The notes beneath the pieces were generated by a model. It did no database searches. It had not been told where the DNA came from and saw only the letters and a list, made by a program, of their open reading frames with translations. This document shows positions 10,635 through 20,516 of a stretch of DNA of 64,000 nucleotides, in pieces. Positions within the stretch are counted from its first letter, which is position 1. Each line of letters starts with the position of its first letter. A program made the translations under genes and the position numbers. This stretch comes from an uncultured delta proteobacterium (lineage in GTDB: Bacteria > Myxococcota > Myxococcia > Myxococcales > Myxococcaceae). The stretch is taken from positions 62,385 through 126,384 of the forward strand of contig CAVYSY010000036.1 of NCBI GenBank assembly GCA_963771175.1, written 5' to 3'.

Positions 10635-11960
10635 TCAGCGCCTCCCGCCACGAATGATGAGAGGACCGGACGACTTCTTCTTCCGGGGCACGAGCTTCTT
10701 CAGCGCCTTCTGGGTGTCCAGGTACTGGAAATTGGTCGGGTCGCGCTTCAGCGCCTCGCCGATGAGCTTCAGGCCCTGCTCGGGCTTCAACCGGAGCTCG
10801 GCGTACAGCTCGGCCAGCGCCGCCTTCTCCTCCAACGAGGCCTCGCCCACCTCGAGGAGTTGCTCCAGGCTGGAGAGGGCCTGCTGCGGCGCACCCGCCT
10901 GCCGCTGCAGGCGCCACATCCGAGAGAGCGCCGGAGCGAAGCGGGGGTTCATCCCGAGCGCGTTGCCGTAGTCCTCCTTCGCGCGCCCCAGGTCTCCCTG
11001 CGTCTCCAGCGCGCGGGCCCGGACGTAGAGGGCCCGTGCGGACTCCGGCTGCGCCCGCAGCGCCCGCTCCACCAGCGCCAGGGCCTCGGTCGGGCGCCCC
11101 AGCAGCAGCTTCACCTCGGCGAGCCGCGCCAGGAGGTCCGCGTTCTGGGAGTAGTGGGTCACCGCGTCCGAGAGGAGCTTCTCCGCCTCCTCGATGCGCT
11201 CGAGCGCGAGGAGCACCTGCGCCCGCAGCGTGACGACCTCCGGCAGCGAGGCCTCCTCGCCCTGGACCTGGGCCAGGTCCTGCTCGGCGTATTGCGCGAA
11301 GCCGCTCCGCAGGAAGTAGCGGGCGCGCAGGATGCGAGCCGCCGTGAGCGCCGGCTGCTCCTCCAGGAGCCGATCCATCAGCTTCGCGGCGAGCACCTCG
11401 TCGCCCTTGGCCAGGAGGATCTCCGCCTCCACCACCTTGGCGGCCACGTCATCCGGGCGCTCGCGCTGGATGCGCTCCAGCGTCTGGAAGGCGGCCTGGT
11501 GCTGGCCTTCCAGGGTCTGCAGGTGGGCCAGCTTGAGGATGTCCAGGTCCCCGAGCTCGTCGGTATCGCGCAGCTCCAGCAGCAGCGCGATGGCCTCGGA
11601 GAGGCGCCCGTCCTGCTCGTGACGCGCGGCGATCTTCCGCTTGATGTCGGGGCCCTCGGCGGGATTGAGGGCCATGGCCTGCTTGAGGGTCAGGATGGCC
11701 GCGCCCGAGTTGCCGGCCTGCCGCTGGGCATCGGCGAGCAGGAGCAGGGGCTCGGTGCTCTCGGGCATCAGGCCCGCGGCCTCGCCGAAGACCTTGACGG
11801 CCAGCTCGGCCTGCCCGCTGGAGAGCAACTCACGGCCCTGCTCCAGCTTCGCCTGGGCCGTCTGATCACGACGCTGCACGGAGACGGTCTCCGCGTCCTT
11901 GCAAGCGAGCGGTAGCAACAGGGGTAGGACGAAGAGCAGGCGGGTAGATTTCAAATGCAT
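10635..11960 (-). CDS. Tetratricopeptide-repeat lipoprotein
   Basis: Lipobox LPLAC followed by multiple TPR-like helical pairs. Confidence 0.8.
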   Translation of the reverse strand: MHLKSTRLLFVLPLLLPLACKDAETVSVQRRDQTAQAKLEQGRELLSSGQAELAVKVFGEAAGLMPESTEPLLLLADAQRQAGNSGAAILTLKQAMALNPAEGPDIKRKIAARHEQDGRLSEAIALLLELRDTDELGDLDILKLAHLQTLEGQHQAAFQTLERIQRERPDDVAAKVVEAEILLAKGDEVLAAKLMDRLLEEQPALTAARILRARYFLRSGFAQYAEQDLAQVQGEEASLPEVVTLRAQVLLALERIEEAEKLLSDAVTHYSQNADLLARLAEVKLLLGRPTEALALVERALRAQPESARALYVRARALETQGDLGRAKEDYGNALGMNPRFAPALSRMWRLQRQAGAPQQALSSLEQLLEVGEASLEEKAALAELYAELRLKPEQGLKLIGEALKRDPTNFQYLDTQKALKKLVPRKKKSSGPLIIRGGRR

Positions 11961-12000
11961 CGCTGAGATGCAGGGTAGCGGATGTTATCCTGCGCCGTCG

Positions 12001-12336
12001 ATGGACCCATTCGTGCGGCGCCTCGTGGAGAGGCTCCATGACCCAGCGCGCCCCCTGTCGCGCAACCGGCACTTCCACACGTTCGACACCCCCGAGGGTC
12101 GGATGGCGCTGAAGGTGTACAAGCGGCTGAACAGCCTCCACCAGGACATCCTCGCCTGCGTGAAGGAGGGCCGACGCGCGCGCCTCTTCCGCCAGGTGAA
12201 CGACGAGGGCGAGCACCGCATCGAATTGCACTTCGAGCGGATCGCCGGCCGTCGCGTGTCCCACCTGAAGGCGGCCGAGCTGGAGCTGCTCGCCAACCTG
12301 CCGGGCGTGCGTGACGCGCTCGACGGCGACCTCTAG
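12001..12336 (+). CDS. Hypothetical protein (MDPFVRRLVERLHDP...LSRNRHFHTF)
   Basis: Strong GC3 codon bias from ATG 12001. Confidence 0.7.
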   Translation: MDPFVRRLVERLHDPARPLSRNRHFHTFDTPEGRMALKVYKRLNSLHQDILACVKEGRRARLFRQVNDEGEHRIELHFERIAGRRVSHLKAAELELLANLPGVRDALDGDL

Positions 12337-12452
12337 GCCTGGGTGGCGCCCAGAGGCATCCGCACCACCCGGCGCAGGCCGATGAAGTAGAGGACCGCGA
12401 GGAGCGCGGTCATCAGGCCCCACAGGGCGTAGTTGTCCACCGGCAGCGTTGG
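12333..12452 (-). pseudogene. Probable 3' remnant of a membrane-protein gene
   Basis: Reads PTLPVDNYALWGLMTALLAVLYFIGLRRVVRMPLGATQA* with genome-typical codons. It shares the CTAG stop with the convergent gene, and the frame degenerates upstream with an in-frame stop. Confidence 0.45.
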
Positions 12453-12602
12453 TGCAAAGGCAAGCCCTTTCTTCTGGCCTACCCGGGGCAGCGCCCAGTG
12501 TGTCAGCCAGACAACAAAACATGGAAGTCAAGTCTTTCTCGTTCCACGGGTTGCTGGCCATATCGCGCTGGAGTCCCCCCCACAATCCGACGGAGAAGAT
12601 CG

Positions 12603-14174
12603 ATGTCCTGGCTGCGTGTCATTGCCCTATCGGCCATGGTCCTGGCGCTGAGCCTCGGTACCACCCCCGCATCCGCCTCATCCTTCCGCCTCGCCAACAT
12701 CATGGTGCGCGATGGAGTGGTGCTGGATGCGAATGTCTTTACCCCCGACACGCCGGGGCCGCACCCTGCGATCATCTTCATCACCAGTTGGGCGTTGCCC
12801 AACATCGAGTACCTCGTGCAGGCCCAGCAGTTCGCCGACGCCGGGTACGTCGTGCTCTCGTACACCCCCCGCGGCTTCTACACCTCGGGCGGTTACATCG
12901 AGACGGCTGGGCCCAAGGACGTCAGCGATGTGAGCGACATCATCGACTGGCTGCTCACCAACACCTCCGCGGATCCGGCGCGCATCGGCGCGGCGGGCAT
13001 CTCGTATGGCTCGGGGATCAGCCTGCTCGGCTCCGCGTTCGACTCGCGCATCCGTGCCGTGGCCGCCGTGAGCACGTGGACCGACCTCCAGTACTCGCTG
13101 CTCGCGAACCAGACCCGCCACCAGCAGGCCGCCGGGCTGCTGAAGCTCTCCGGCGTGCTGACGGGGCGGCCCTCGGCGGAGCTGCAGCAGATTCTCTCGG
13201 ACTACTTCGACAACCGGAACCTCGCGGGGATCAGCGCCTTCGCCCAGGTGCGCAGCGCCGCGACGTACCTCGACCGCATCAACGCGAACCGCCCCGCGAT
13301 CCTCATCGCGAACGCCTATGGCGACAGCCTGTTCGCGCCCAATCAGCTCTCCGACTTCTACACCCGGCTGACGGGGCCCAAGCGGCTCGAGCTGCGCCCG
13401 GGAGATCACGCCATCCCGGAGCTGACCGGCGTCCTCGGTCTGCCCAATGACGCATGGACCAGCGTGCACCGCTGGTTCGACTACTACCTGCGTGGCGTGA
13501 ACACCGGCATCGCCGCGGAGAAGCCGGTCCAGCTCCAGGTACGTGGCCAGAGTGGCTACGAGGCCTATTCGTCGTGGAGTGAAATCTCGACGAGCACCGC
13601 GCGCTACAACCTGGGCGAGGTGAACTGGTGGAACGGCGAGGGCGAGCTCGTGTCGAGCGCGCAGACCGGCTGGAGCCGGACGGTCTTCGCGGGCGACGAC
13701 ACCGTCGCCAACGGAGGCATCGTGATGCTGACGAACGGCGCCGAGGCGCTCACGGGTGAGCCGCCGATCGCGTGGATTCCCGCGGTGGACCGGGACAACG
13801 CGGGCGTCTGGCAGTCGGGCTCGCTGACGAGTGCGCGCCGTCTGCGTGGGGCCGCGCACCTGCGCCTGACGGTGACTCCGGGCAGCTCCGGGCAGACGAC
13901 GATCATCGCCTACCTCTACGACACGGACGCGCTCGGGACCGGGCACCTGGTGACGCATGTGGCCTACACGATCCGGGGCGCGGTGGCCGGCCAGGCCTAC
14001 ACCGTGGACACCGACTTCCCGGCCACGGTCTACGACGTGCCGAGCGGGAACCGGCTCTCGCTCGTCGTCGACACCGTCGACCCGCTCTACGCCGACCAGG
14101 GAGCGCTGTTCACCTCGGTGAAGTTCTCCTCGCCGGGGACCAATCCGTCCTACGTGTCGCTGCCGCTCAAGTAA
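12603..14174 (+). CDS. Secreted CocE/NonD (peptidase S15-like) alpha/beta hydrolase
   Basis: Signal peptide MSWLRVIALSAMVLAL..ASA, MVRDGVVLDANVF, nucleophile motif GISYG, C-terminal jelly-roll domain. Confidence 0.85.
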   Translation: MSWLRVIALSAMVLALSLGTTPASASSFRLANIMVRDGVVLDANVFTPDTPGPHPAIIFITSWALPNIEYLVQAQQFADAGYVVLSYTPRGFYTSGGYIETAGPKDVSDVSDIIDWLLTNTSADPARIGAAGISYGSGISLLGSAFDSRIRAVAAVSTWTDLQYSLLANQTRHQQAAGLLKLSGVLTGRPSAELQQILSDYFDNRNLAGISAFAQVRSAATYLDRINANRPAILIANAYGDSLFAPNQLSDFYTRLTGPKRLELRPGDHAIPELTGVLGLPNDAWTSVHRWFDYYLRGVNTGIAAEKPVQLQVRGQSGYEAYSSWSEISTSTARYNLGEVNWWNGEGELVSSAQTGWSRTVFAGDDTVANGGIVMLTNGAEALTGEPPIAWIPAVDRDNAGVWQSGSLTSARRLRGAAHLRLTVTPGSSGQTTIIAYLYDTDALGTGHLVTHVAYTIRGAVAGQAYTVDTDFPATVYDVPSGNRLSLVVDTVDPLYADQGALFTSVKFSSPGTNPSYVSLPLK

Positions 14175-14227
14175 CGGAGCAGGTGCCTGTTGGCGGGGCC
14201 GGCGGACTCGACGCCGGCCCCCGTTGC

Positions 14228-16394
14228 TCAGGGATGCGCGATGACGATGAGCGTTGACGCCCGAGCTTCGACGCACGTCATCACCTTGCGCATGGTCACG
14301 GGGTCCAGCGCACCGAACGCCTCGTCGAGCACCACGACACTGGCCCGCTGCAGCAGCGCCCGGGCCACGAAGACACGGCTCTGCTCCCCATGCGAGAGCT
14401 GCCACCCGCTCTCCCCGACCAGTTGCATCAATCCCGAGGGCATCCGGGCCAGCAGCTCCCCCAGCCCCAGCTCCTCACAGAGCGCTCGGGCGTTTTGCAG
14501 ATCCTCCTGCGAGGGAGGCCAGGCGCGGCCCAACAGCAGGTTCATGGCCAGCGTGCCGGACACCACGTGGTTCTCGTGGAACTGAGGAGCACTGGCGATC
14601 TGCGCGCCCCACCCGTGCGACGTCCAGGTCGCCATGTCCAGGCCTCCCAGCAACAACAGCCCCGAGCCCTGGCCCCTCAACCCCGTCAGGATGGAGGCGA
14701 ACGTCGACTTGCCCGAGCCAGAGGGCCCCTCGAGCAGCACGCGCTCTCCCGAGCGAACCACCAGAGAGGCCCGCTCGAGCACCGCCCGTGGCGCCCCCGC
14801 GTGCTTGAAGACCAGATCGCGCACCTCGAGCAGGGCCTGGGCCTTCGGGGGCGCCGCGCCTGGGGAGAGAGGAGAGGCGCGGGTCACCCTGCCCTTCTCG
14901 CTCTCACGGGCCGCCTCTCCCGAGGCGTTGGAGCGCTTCGCGGCATCCAGGATGGGACGCACGCTGTGAAACAACACGCGCGCGCCGCTGAGGGCCAGGG
15001 CTCCGGTGGTCAGCGCCGCCAGCGCGCGCGTCGCCATGAGCGCGGCCCCCACTCCCACGGCGATCCTCGCGGTCGAGGCTCCCGCGAGCACGCCTGGGAG
15101 CGTCGCGAGGATCGCCACCGGGAGGAGTCCCCGCCTGGAGAGCGCCACCACCCGCGCCGTCGCCGCGTCCCACTGCTCGGAGGCCTCGGCATAGTGGGCC
15201 AGCTCATGGTCCTCCTCCTCGTGCCAGCGCGCCGGCAGCTCCTGCGCGAGCCGCGTCCGGTGGCCGAGCATCCGCTCGATGAGCGCATGCGTCATGACGA
15301 CCCGCGCCTCCGTCCACCTGCGGAAGCGTGAGCGACTGGCGCGCGATCAGCACCGCCAGCAAGCAGCAGAAGCCCCCCAGCACCAGCAGCCCGAGCCAGC
15401 CCGCGGGGCCGGTCACCATCACGCTCGCCGCCAGCACCAGATCGATCGCCGCCAGGAGGCTGGTGAAGCTGCCCACCAGCGCCATCTGCTCCATCCCCGC
15501 GCTCTCGAAAGTCCTCCCGACGTACTCGCCAATTCCACCGCGGCGCGCCTCGTCCACGGGCAGCGCGAGCGCCCCCGCCAGCAGGTCGCCTGCGCAGCAG
15601 CGCGGAGAGGTCCATCGCCAGGGACCCCTGCGACCAGGCCAGCGCCGCCTGGAGCGGCACCATCGTCAACCCCATGAGGGCCCAGGCCCAGAGCCACCCA
15701 TGGTCGAGCTGCCCATTGAACGCGCCCCGTCCAATCAACCACCAACCGGCGAGCAGGCACACCTGGACGACCACCGCCAGCAGCAAGAGCAGGACCAGCC
15801 GCCGTCCGGCCCGCAGCGACCGCAGGTGATGGACCAGACGGGCTCCAGGTGGCAGCCGGAGCGTGCGCGCGGCGATGAGGTGGGTATTGGCGAGCTGGGC
15901 TCCCAGCAACGCCCGCCGGGCCAGGGTCCGCTGGGGTGCCGGCAGTCCCGCTCGCTCCAGGACGCGATCGGCCACGGGCCCCTGTTGCGCCCTCGACGAT
16001 CGCCTGCACGGCGGCGGTCAGCAGGGAGAAGGGAACCTCGTGCGGCGTCTCATCCGGGGCGATGAGGTCCGCGGCTCTCCCCCGAGGGGGACACGCGAAG
16101 CAGTGCGAGCACCCTACGCCCCTGGGTGCTCGGCACATCCACGAGGGCCGGGGCCGCGCGGCCCAGGGCACGTTCCACTTCGCCGTGGCGCGTGTAGAGC
16201 AACTCCAACTCGAGCCCCAGCGCATGGGCCGAGGCGTCCAGCCACGCCCCCACGCGGCTCGGGTCCTCGGGTACCGCGCGCGAGAGGACCGGGAGCGGAT
16301 TGGGGAGCGGCAACCGCGCCGCACGCGCCAGCGCCTCCAGGGCTTCGCCCGCTCGCGCGAACGGCCAGGACACTGCGTCCAGCTCACCCGACAT
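14228..16394 (-). CDS. ABC transporter (fused TMD+ATPase), second subunit; split by about 4 indels
   Basis: Start MSGELDAVSWP overlaps the end of the upstream transporter. TM segments lie in ORFs 15292..15975 and 15204..15557. Walker A GPSGSGKS, signature LSHGE and LDE lie in 14228..15295. Confidence 0.8.
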
Positions 16395-19090
16395 GAGCCA
16401 CCCCCTCCTCCTCCTCCTCGTGTCGCTCGGAGAGCACGCCCTGCTCCAGGACCAGCCGCCTCCACCCCTCCCGCCTGGACAGCTCCCCCCGCATCGACGC
16501 CTCCTCATCCAGCAGTGCGCGGTAGTGGGAGTCCTCGCACGCCGCGAGCGCCTGGGGAGCCCCGTCCTCGACCAGCCTCCCGTCCTTGATGACCAGGACG
16601 CGGTCGAACGAGAGCGTCTCGGCGATGTCATGCATGATGCAGAGCAGCGTGGTCCCCTCGAATCCCTGTCGTGCCCGCTCCAACAGCGCCGTGCGACGGT
16701 CTCGCTCGAGTCCCCGGAACGGCTCGTCGAAGATGGCCAGCCGCACCCCTGGCCGGAGCAACGCCCGGCCCAGGCGCACCCGCTGCCCCTCACCGCCCGA
16801 CAACAGACTGCCCCCCTCGCCCAGCCGGGTCTCGAGCCCCTGGGGCAGCTTGTCGAGCAACTCGATGAGGTCGGCCCTGTGCAGCACCTGGCCCACCCGG
16901 GGCAGCACCTCGGCCTCGTCGGCGCCATAGGCGAGGTTGTCCACCAGGGACTTGTTCCAGAGCGTCACCTCGGGCTCCAACCACGCCGTCTCCCGCCTCA
17001 GCCGCCACAGGGCCGCCCCCTCCAGCGGCTCGCCATCCACCTCGACGCGGCCCGCGGCCGCCGGTGCCAGCCCAGGAGGACTGCCCACCAGTGACGATTT
17101 CCCAGCGCCCGAGGGGCCCACGATGGCGACGTGCTCCCCGGGTTGAACCGAGACATCAATCCCTTGCAGGAGGGTGTGGCCCCCGGCCTTCACCTCCACC
17201 TGACGCAGCGAGAACCCAACCCCCCGAGCCCCTTCCACCGGTCGCTCCGTCTGTCCTGGGGTGGCCAGCGCGACGCTCGTGGACACCTCGTCCGGAGCGA
17301 GCAGTGGCTCCATCAATCGGCCAGTGAACGACGAGGCGGCGGGGTACTGGCGCAACGCCTCGGCGATCTGCTTGCCCAGCGTCGGCACGGCGAGCGCCCA
17401 GTAGACGAGCAGCAGGACAGCCCCGGGTTGTACCCCCTTCGAGAGGGCGTGCAGGACAATGACAACCGAGCCCCCGGTGGCGGCGAGGGAGGCGAGCGTG
17501 TCCGCCGTGGTGCTGCGGCGCAGCAACGTGCGGGCCGCGGAGATGAACTCGTGCAGCGGCTCCTCATGAGCCCGGCGGAGCGTCAGCTCGGCATGGTGCG
17601 CCCGCAGCGCCACGGCCCCGCGCAAGGCGTCGAGGTAGAAGCGCGAGAGCACCCCGTCGAAGTCCCGCATCCGGCGATCGGCTTCGAGCAACGAGCGCTG
17701 CGCGACGAGGGGGATGCCGAGCGCCAGCCCACCCGCCAGGAAGATCAAGGGGGCGCTTCGCGGAGCCAACCACGTCAGCCCCACGAGCGTCACGAACAGC
17801 TCGGCGGCGGCGCGCAGCACCAGGGCCGCGAGGTTGGGCACGTTGCGCACCATGTGGATGCCATGGCAGCGCTGGGCCATGTCCGAGATGAGCCGGCTGC
17901 GGAAATAGCTGTCACCCAGGCGTGGGATTTTGTCGAGGAACGCGAGCCGGAGGCGGAGTTCCAACCGCCGTCCCAGGCGGAGCGTCCCGAGAGAGAGAGG
18001 CAGCTCGATCGCGAACAGCACGCCCATCAGGACGAGCAGCGTCACGACGCCGGCGATCCGCTGTTCGGTGGTCGTGAGATAACGACCCGCGTCGATGACC
18101 CCGCGCAGGAGCAGCGCCTCCAGGAAGCCGCCCACCGCCGCGGTCACCCCCATGGCGGCGAGCACCCTCGGCGTGAGCACCCCGTCCCGGCGCATCAAGG
18201 CCACGAGCTCACGCAGGGGGCGGGTGGGCGCCTCCTTCAAGACGGCCTCGAGCCCCGGAGACAGCGGGGGTTCATCCTCCCCGTGCTCGCCGCGCAGCCC
18301 CTTCGCCCGGATGCAGACGACGCCGCGCAAGGTGATCTCCTCGGCGTCCGGCCCTCCCACCGCCGTCCAATAGGCGGGGGGAATGAGCTCCTCGGCGCGA
18401 CCCTCGTCCAGGGCCGTGCGCACCTCGAGCAGGAGCTGCTCGACGAACGCCGCCGCCGTCTCGCCAGGCTGGAGGCCGTCACCCTCCACGAGCGTCTGCA
18501 CCAACCGCACCGTCGCATCCAGGCAGGCCAGGCCCTTCCAGGTGGAATCCCCGAGCGCCTCGGCGACGAGTCGCTCCGACAACGGCCCCTCGACGAGCTC
18601 GGACAGCCTGCGACGCAGACCCACGAGGAACTCCTCCGTGCCGGCCCACTCCCGGAACCCCTCGGCGGACACGGGCATCGCGTGCACGAAGCACCGGTCG
18701 AGCAGCTCGGCGGCGGACACCCACCGCCGCCCCAGCGCCGGATCCATGATCTGGACGCGGTTGCCCCACTTCTTCCAGAGCACCACGAAGTGCAGGTTGC
18801 CGTCCGCGAGCCTCACCACCACGATGGCCGGCAGCGCCCCGGTCTCCTCGAGGAGCAGGTGATCGCGCGGGAGCATGCCCTGCTCCGCATCCAGCCCGAG
18901 GCTGACGGCCAGCTCCTCGAGCACATCCATGGACGTGCCGTCGACGTCGGTCTGGCAGAGCTCTCGGAGCCGTCCATAGCTGACCGGCACGCCGGAAGCC
19001 GCCGAGCAGGGCCTTGAGGGCCGCCGGACCGCAGTCCATGGCCGACGTCTGGATGACTTCTGGAACGAAAAGACGTGGTGCACCCGCCAT
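16384..19090 (-). CDS. Peptidase C39-containing ABC transporter (PCAT); frameshift near 18995
   Basis: MAGAPRLFVPEVIQTSAMDCGPAAL (catalytic Q..C), HFVVL (His), MDPA (Asp), then TMD, Walker A GPSGAGKS, LSGGE and FDE. Confidence 0.88.
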
Positions 19091-19093
19091 GGC

Positions 19094-20290
19094 TCAGCTC
19101 CCCCCCTTCGGCGACTCCGTCCCGCCCTCTACCCGCAGGACCCTGGGTTGCTCCCGTGCCGGACGGTCGAGCCCCCGACCCAAGGTGCGAAGCACGAGCT
19201 GCGACGGCGTGGCCTTCCCCACCGCGACGTCCACGAGGCCAGGCAACCCATGCTCGAGCGGAATGCCCGGCGGCAGCTCATCCACCGAGAGCTCGACTCG
19301 CACCAGGCCATCGCGAGGCTCACTCGCCACCGCCACCACCGTGGCCTCCAGCATCCCGAACTCCGCCCAGGAGAAGCCCTCCAACCGCATGCGAGCCCGC
19401 TGACCCTCGCGGATACGCCCCAGGGCCTCCGGGGAGAACTGCGCGACGACGCGCACGGGTCCACCGGCGACGATGGTCGCGATGGGGTCACCGGCCTTGA
19501 GCTGCGCGCCCACGCGTACGGAGCTCGTCTCGCCGAGGACGCCATCCGCCGGCGCTCGAATGATACGGCGCTCCAGCTCCTCGCGCAGGCGCTCCACGTT
19601 GGCGCGCGCGACGCTCTCGTCCGACTCGAGCCGGGCAATCTCTCCCTGCAGCGCGGCGAGGCGGGTGCGCCGATCGGTGGACTGAATGCCACCTTCCGCT
19701 CTCACCCGCGCCAGCGTGGCCCGCGCGGCCTGCTCCGCGGCCAGGGACCGCTCCAGCTCCGTATGGGACCTGCTCCACTCCATCTCGCTCAACACGCCCC
19801 GCTTCCAGAGCCGCTCGGTGGTGGACTCCTCCTCCTTGGCCCGCCGCGCGACCGCCTCGGCATCGATGAGCCGGGCCCGCGCCTCCTCCACGCCCGCGAT
19901 CCCCTGCCCTTTTTGCTCCACCAGGCCATGCTGCTCGGCCTCGAGCTCCGCGCGCGCCGCCTCGAGCTGAGGCCCCAGTCCTTGAAGCACGGCCTCCGCC
20001 TCCGCTACCCGGCGCTCCTCCTGCACATGCTCCAGCTCGACGAGCACATCTCCCGCATGCACGGGGCGGTGAAGCTCCACCTGCGTCTTCACCACCCGTC
20101 CCGCCACGGGTGCATCAATGGCGTACACCTCGCCATGGAGCTCCAGACGCGCCTGCGCGCTGCGCTCGTAGACGATGATGCGCGCCTGGAGGAACCAGCC
20201 CCCCCAGATCGCGAGCAGCCCCACCGGTATCAGCCAGAGCGCCGGCCGCCCGCGCCCGCGCACCAGGGCGCGCCAGGTGCGTGGAAACAT
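19094..20290 (-). CDS. HlyD-family membrane fusion (secretion adaptor) protein
   Basis: N-terminal TM, IDAPVAGRV and IRAPADGV lipoyl-like halves, long alpha-helical hairpin. Start codon uncertain. Confidence 0.88.
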   Translation of the reverse strand: MFPRTWRALVRGRGRPALWLIPVGLLAIWGGWFLQARIIVYERSAQARLELHGEVYAIDAPVAGRVVKTQVELHRPVHAGDVLVELEHVQEERRVAEAEAVLQGLGPQLEAARAELEAEQHGLVEQKGQGIAGVEEARARLIDAEAVARRAKEEESTTERLWKRGVLSEMEWSRSHTELERSLAAEQAARATLARVRAEGGIQSTDRRTRLAALQGEIARLESDESVARANVERLREELERRIIRAPADGVLGETSSVRVGAQLKAGDPIATIVAGGPVRVVAQFSPEALGRIREGQRARMRLEGFSWAEFGMLEATVVAVASEPRDGLVRVELSVDELPPGIPLEHGLPGLVDVAVGKATPSQLVLRTLGRGLDRPAREQPRVLRVEGGTESPKGGS

Positions 20291-20456
20291 GCCTTCGACC
20301 TTCAAGTGGCTGGCCAAATCGCCCCCCGTCTCGACCGTGCCGTCCTGCGGATGGAGGGGGCCCGTTGGCTTTGTCAGGGAGAGTGACGCTCCGAGGGAGC
20401 GGCCTGCTCGTCCTCCAGGCAGGCGTCTCGCCCAGGCATTCCGGAGGTGCCTCGCG

Positions 20457-20489
20457 TCACAAGAACCACCCCCCTGCTCAGACCGTACG
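20457..20489 (+). promoter_or_regulatory. Conserved upstream motif, copy 1 (TCACAAG-N11-TGCTCA-N2-CCGTACG)
   Basis: Near-identical arrangement at 22646..22679. Both copies end 27-30 nt before an ATG. Confidence 0.5.
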
Positions 20490-20516
20490 CGAATCACACC
20501 TGTCTGGAGCTCTCGC

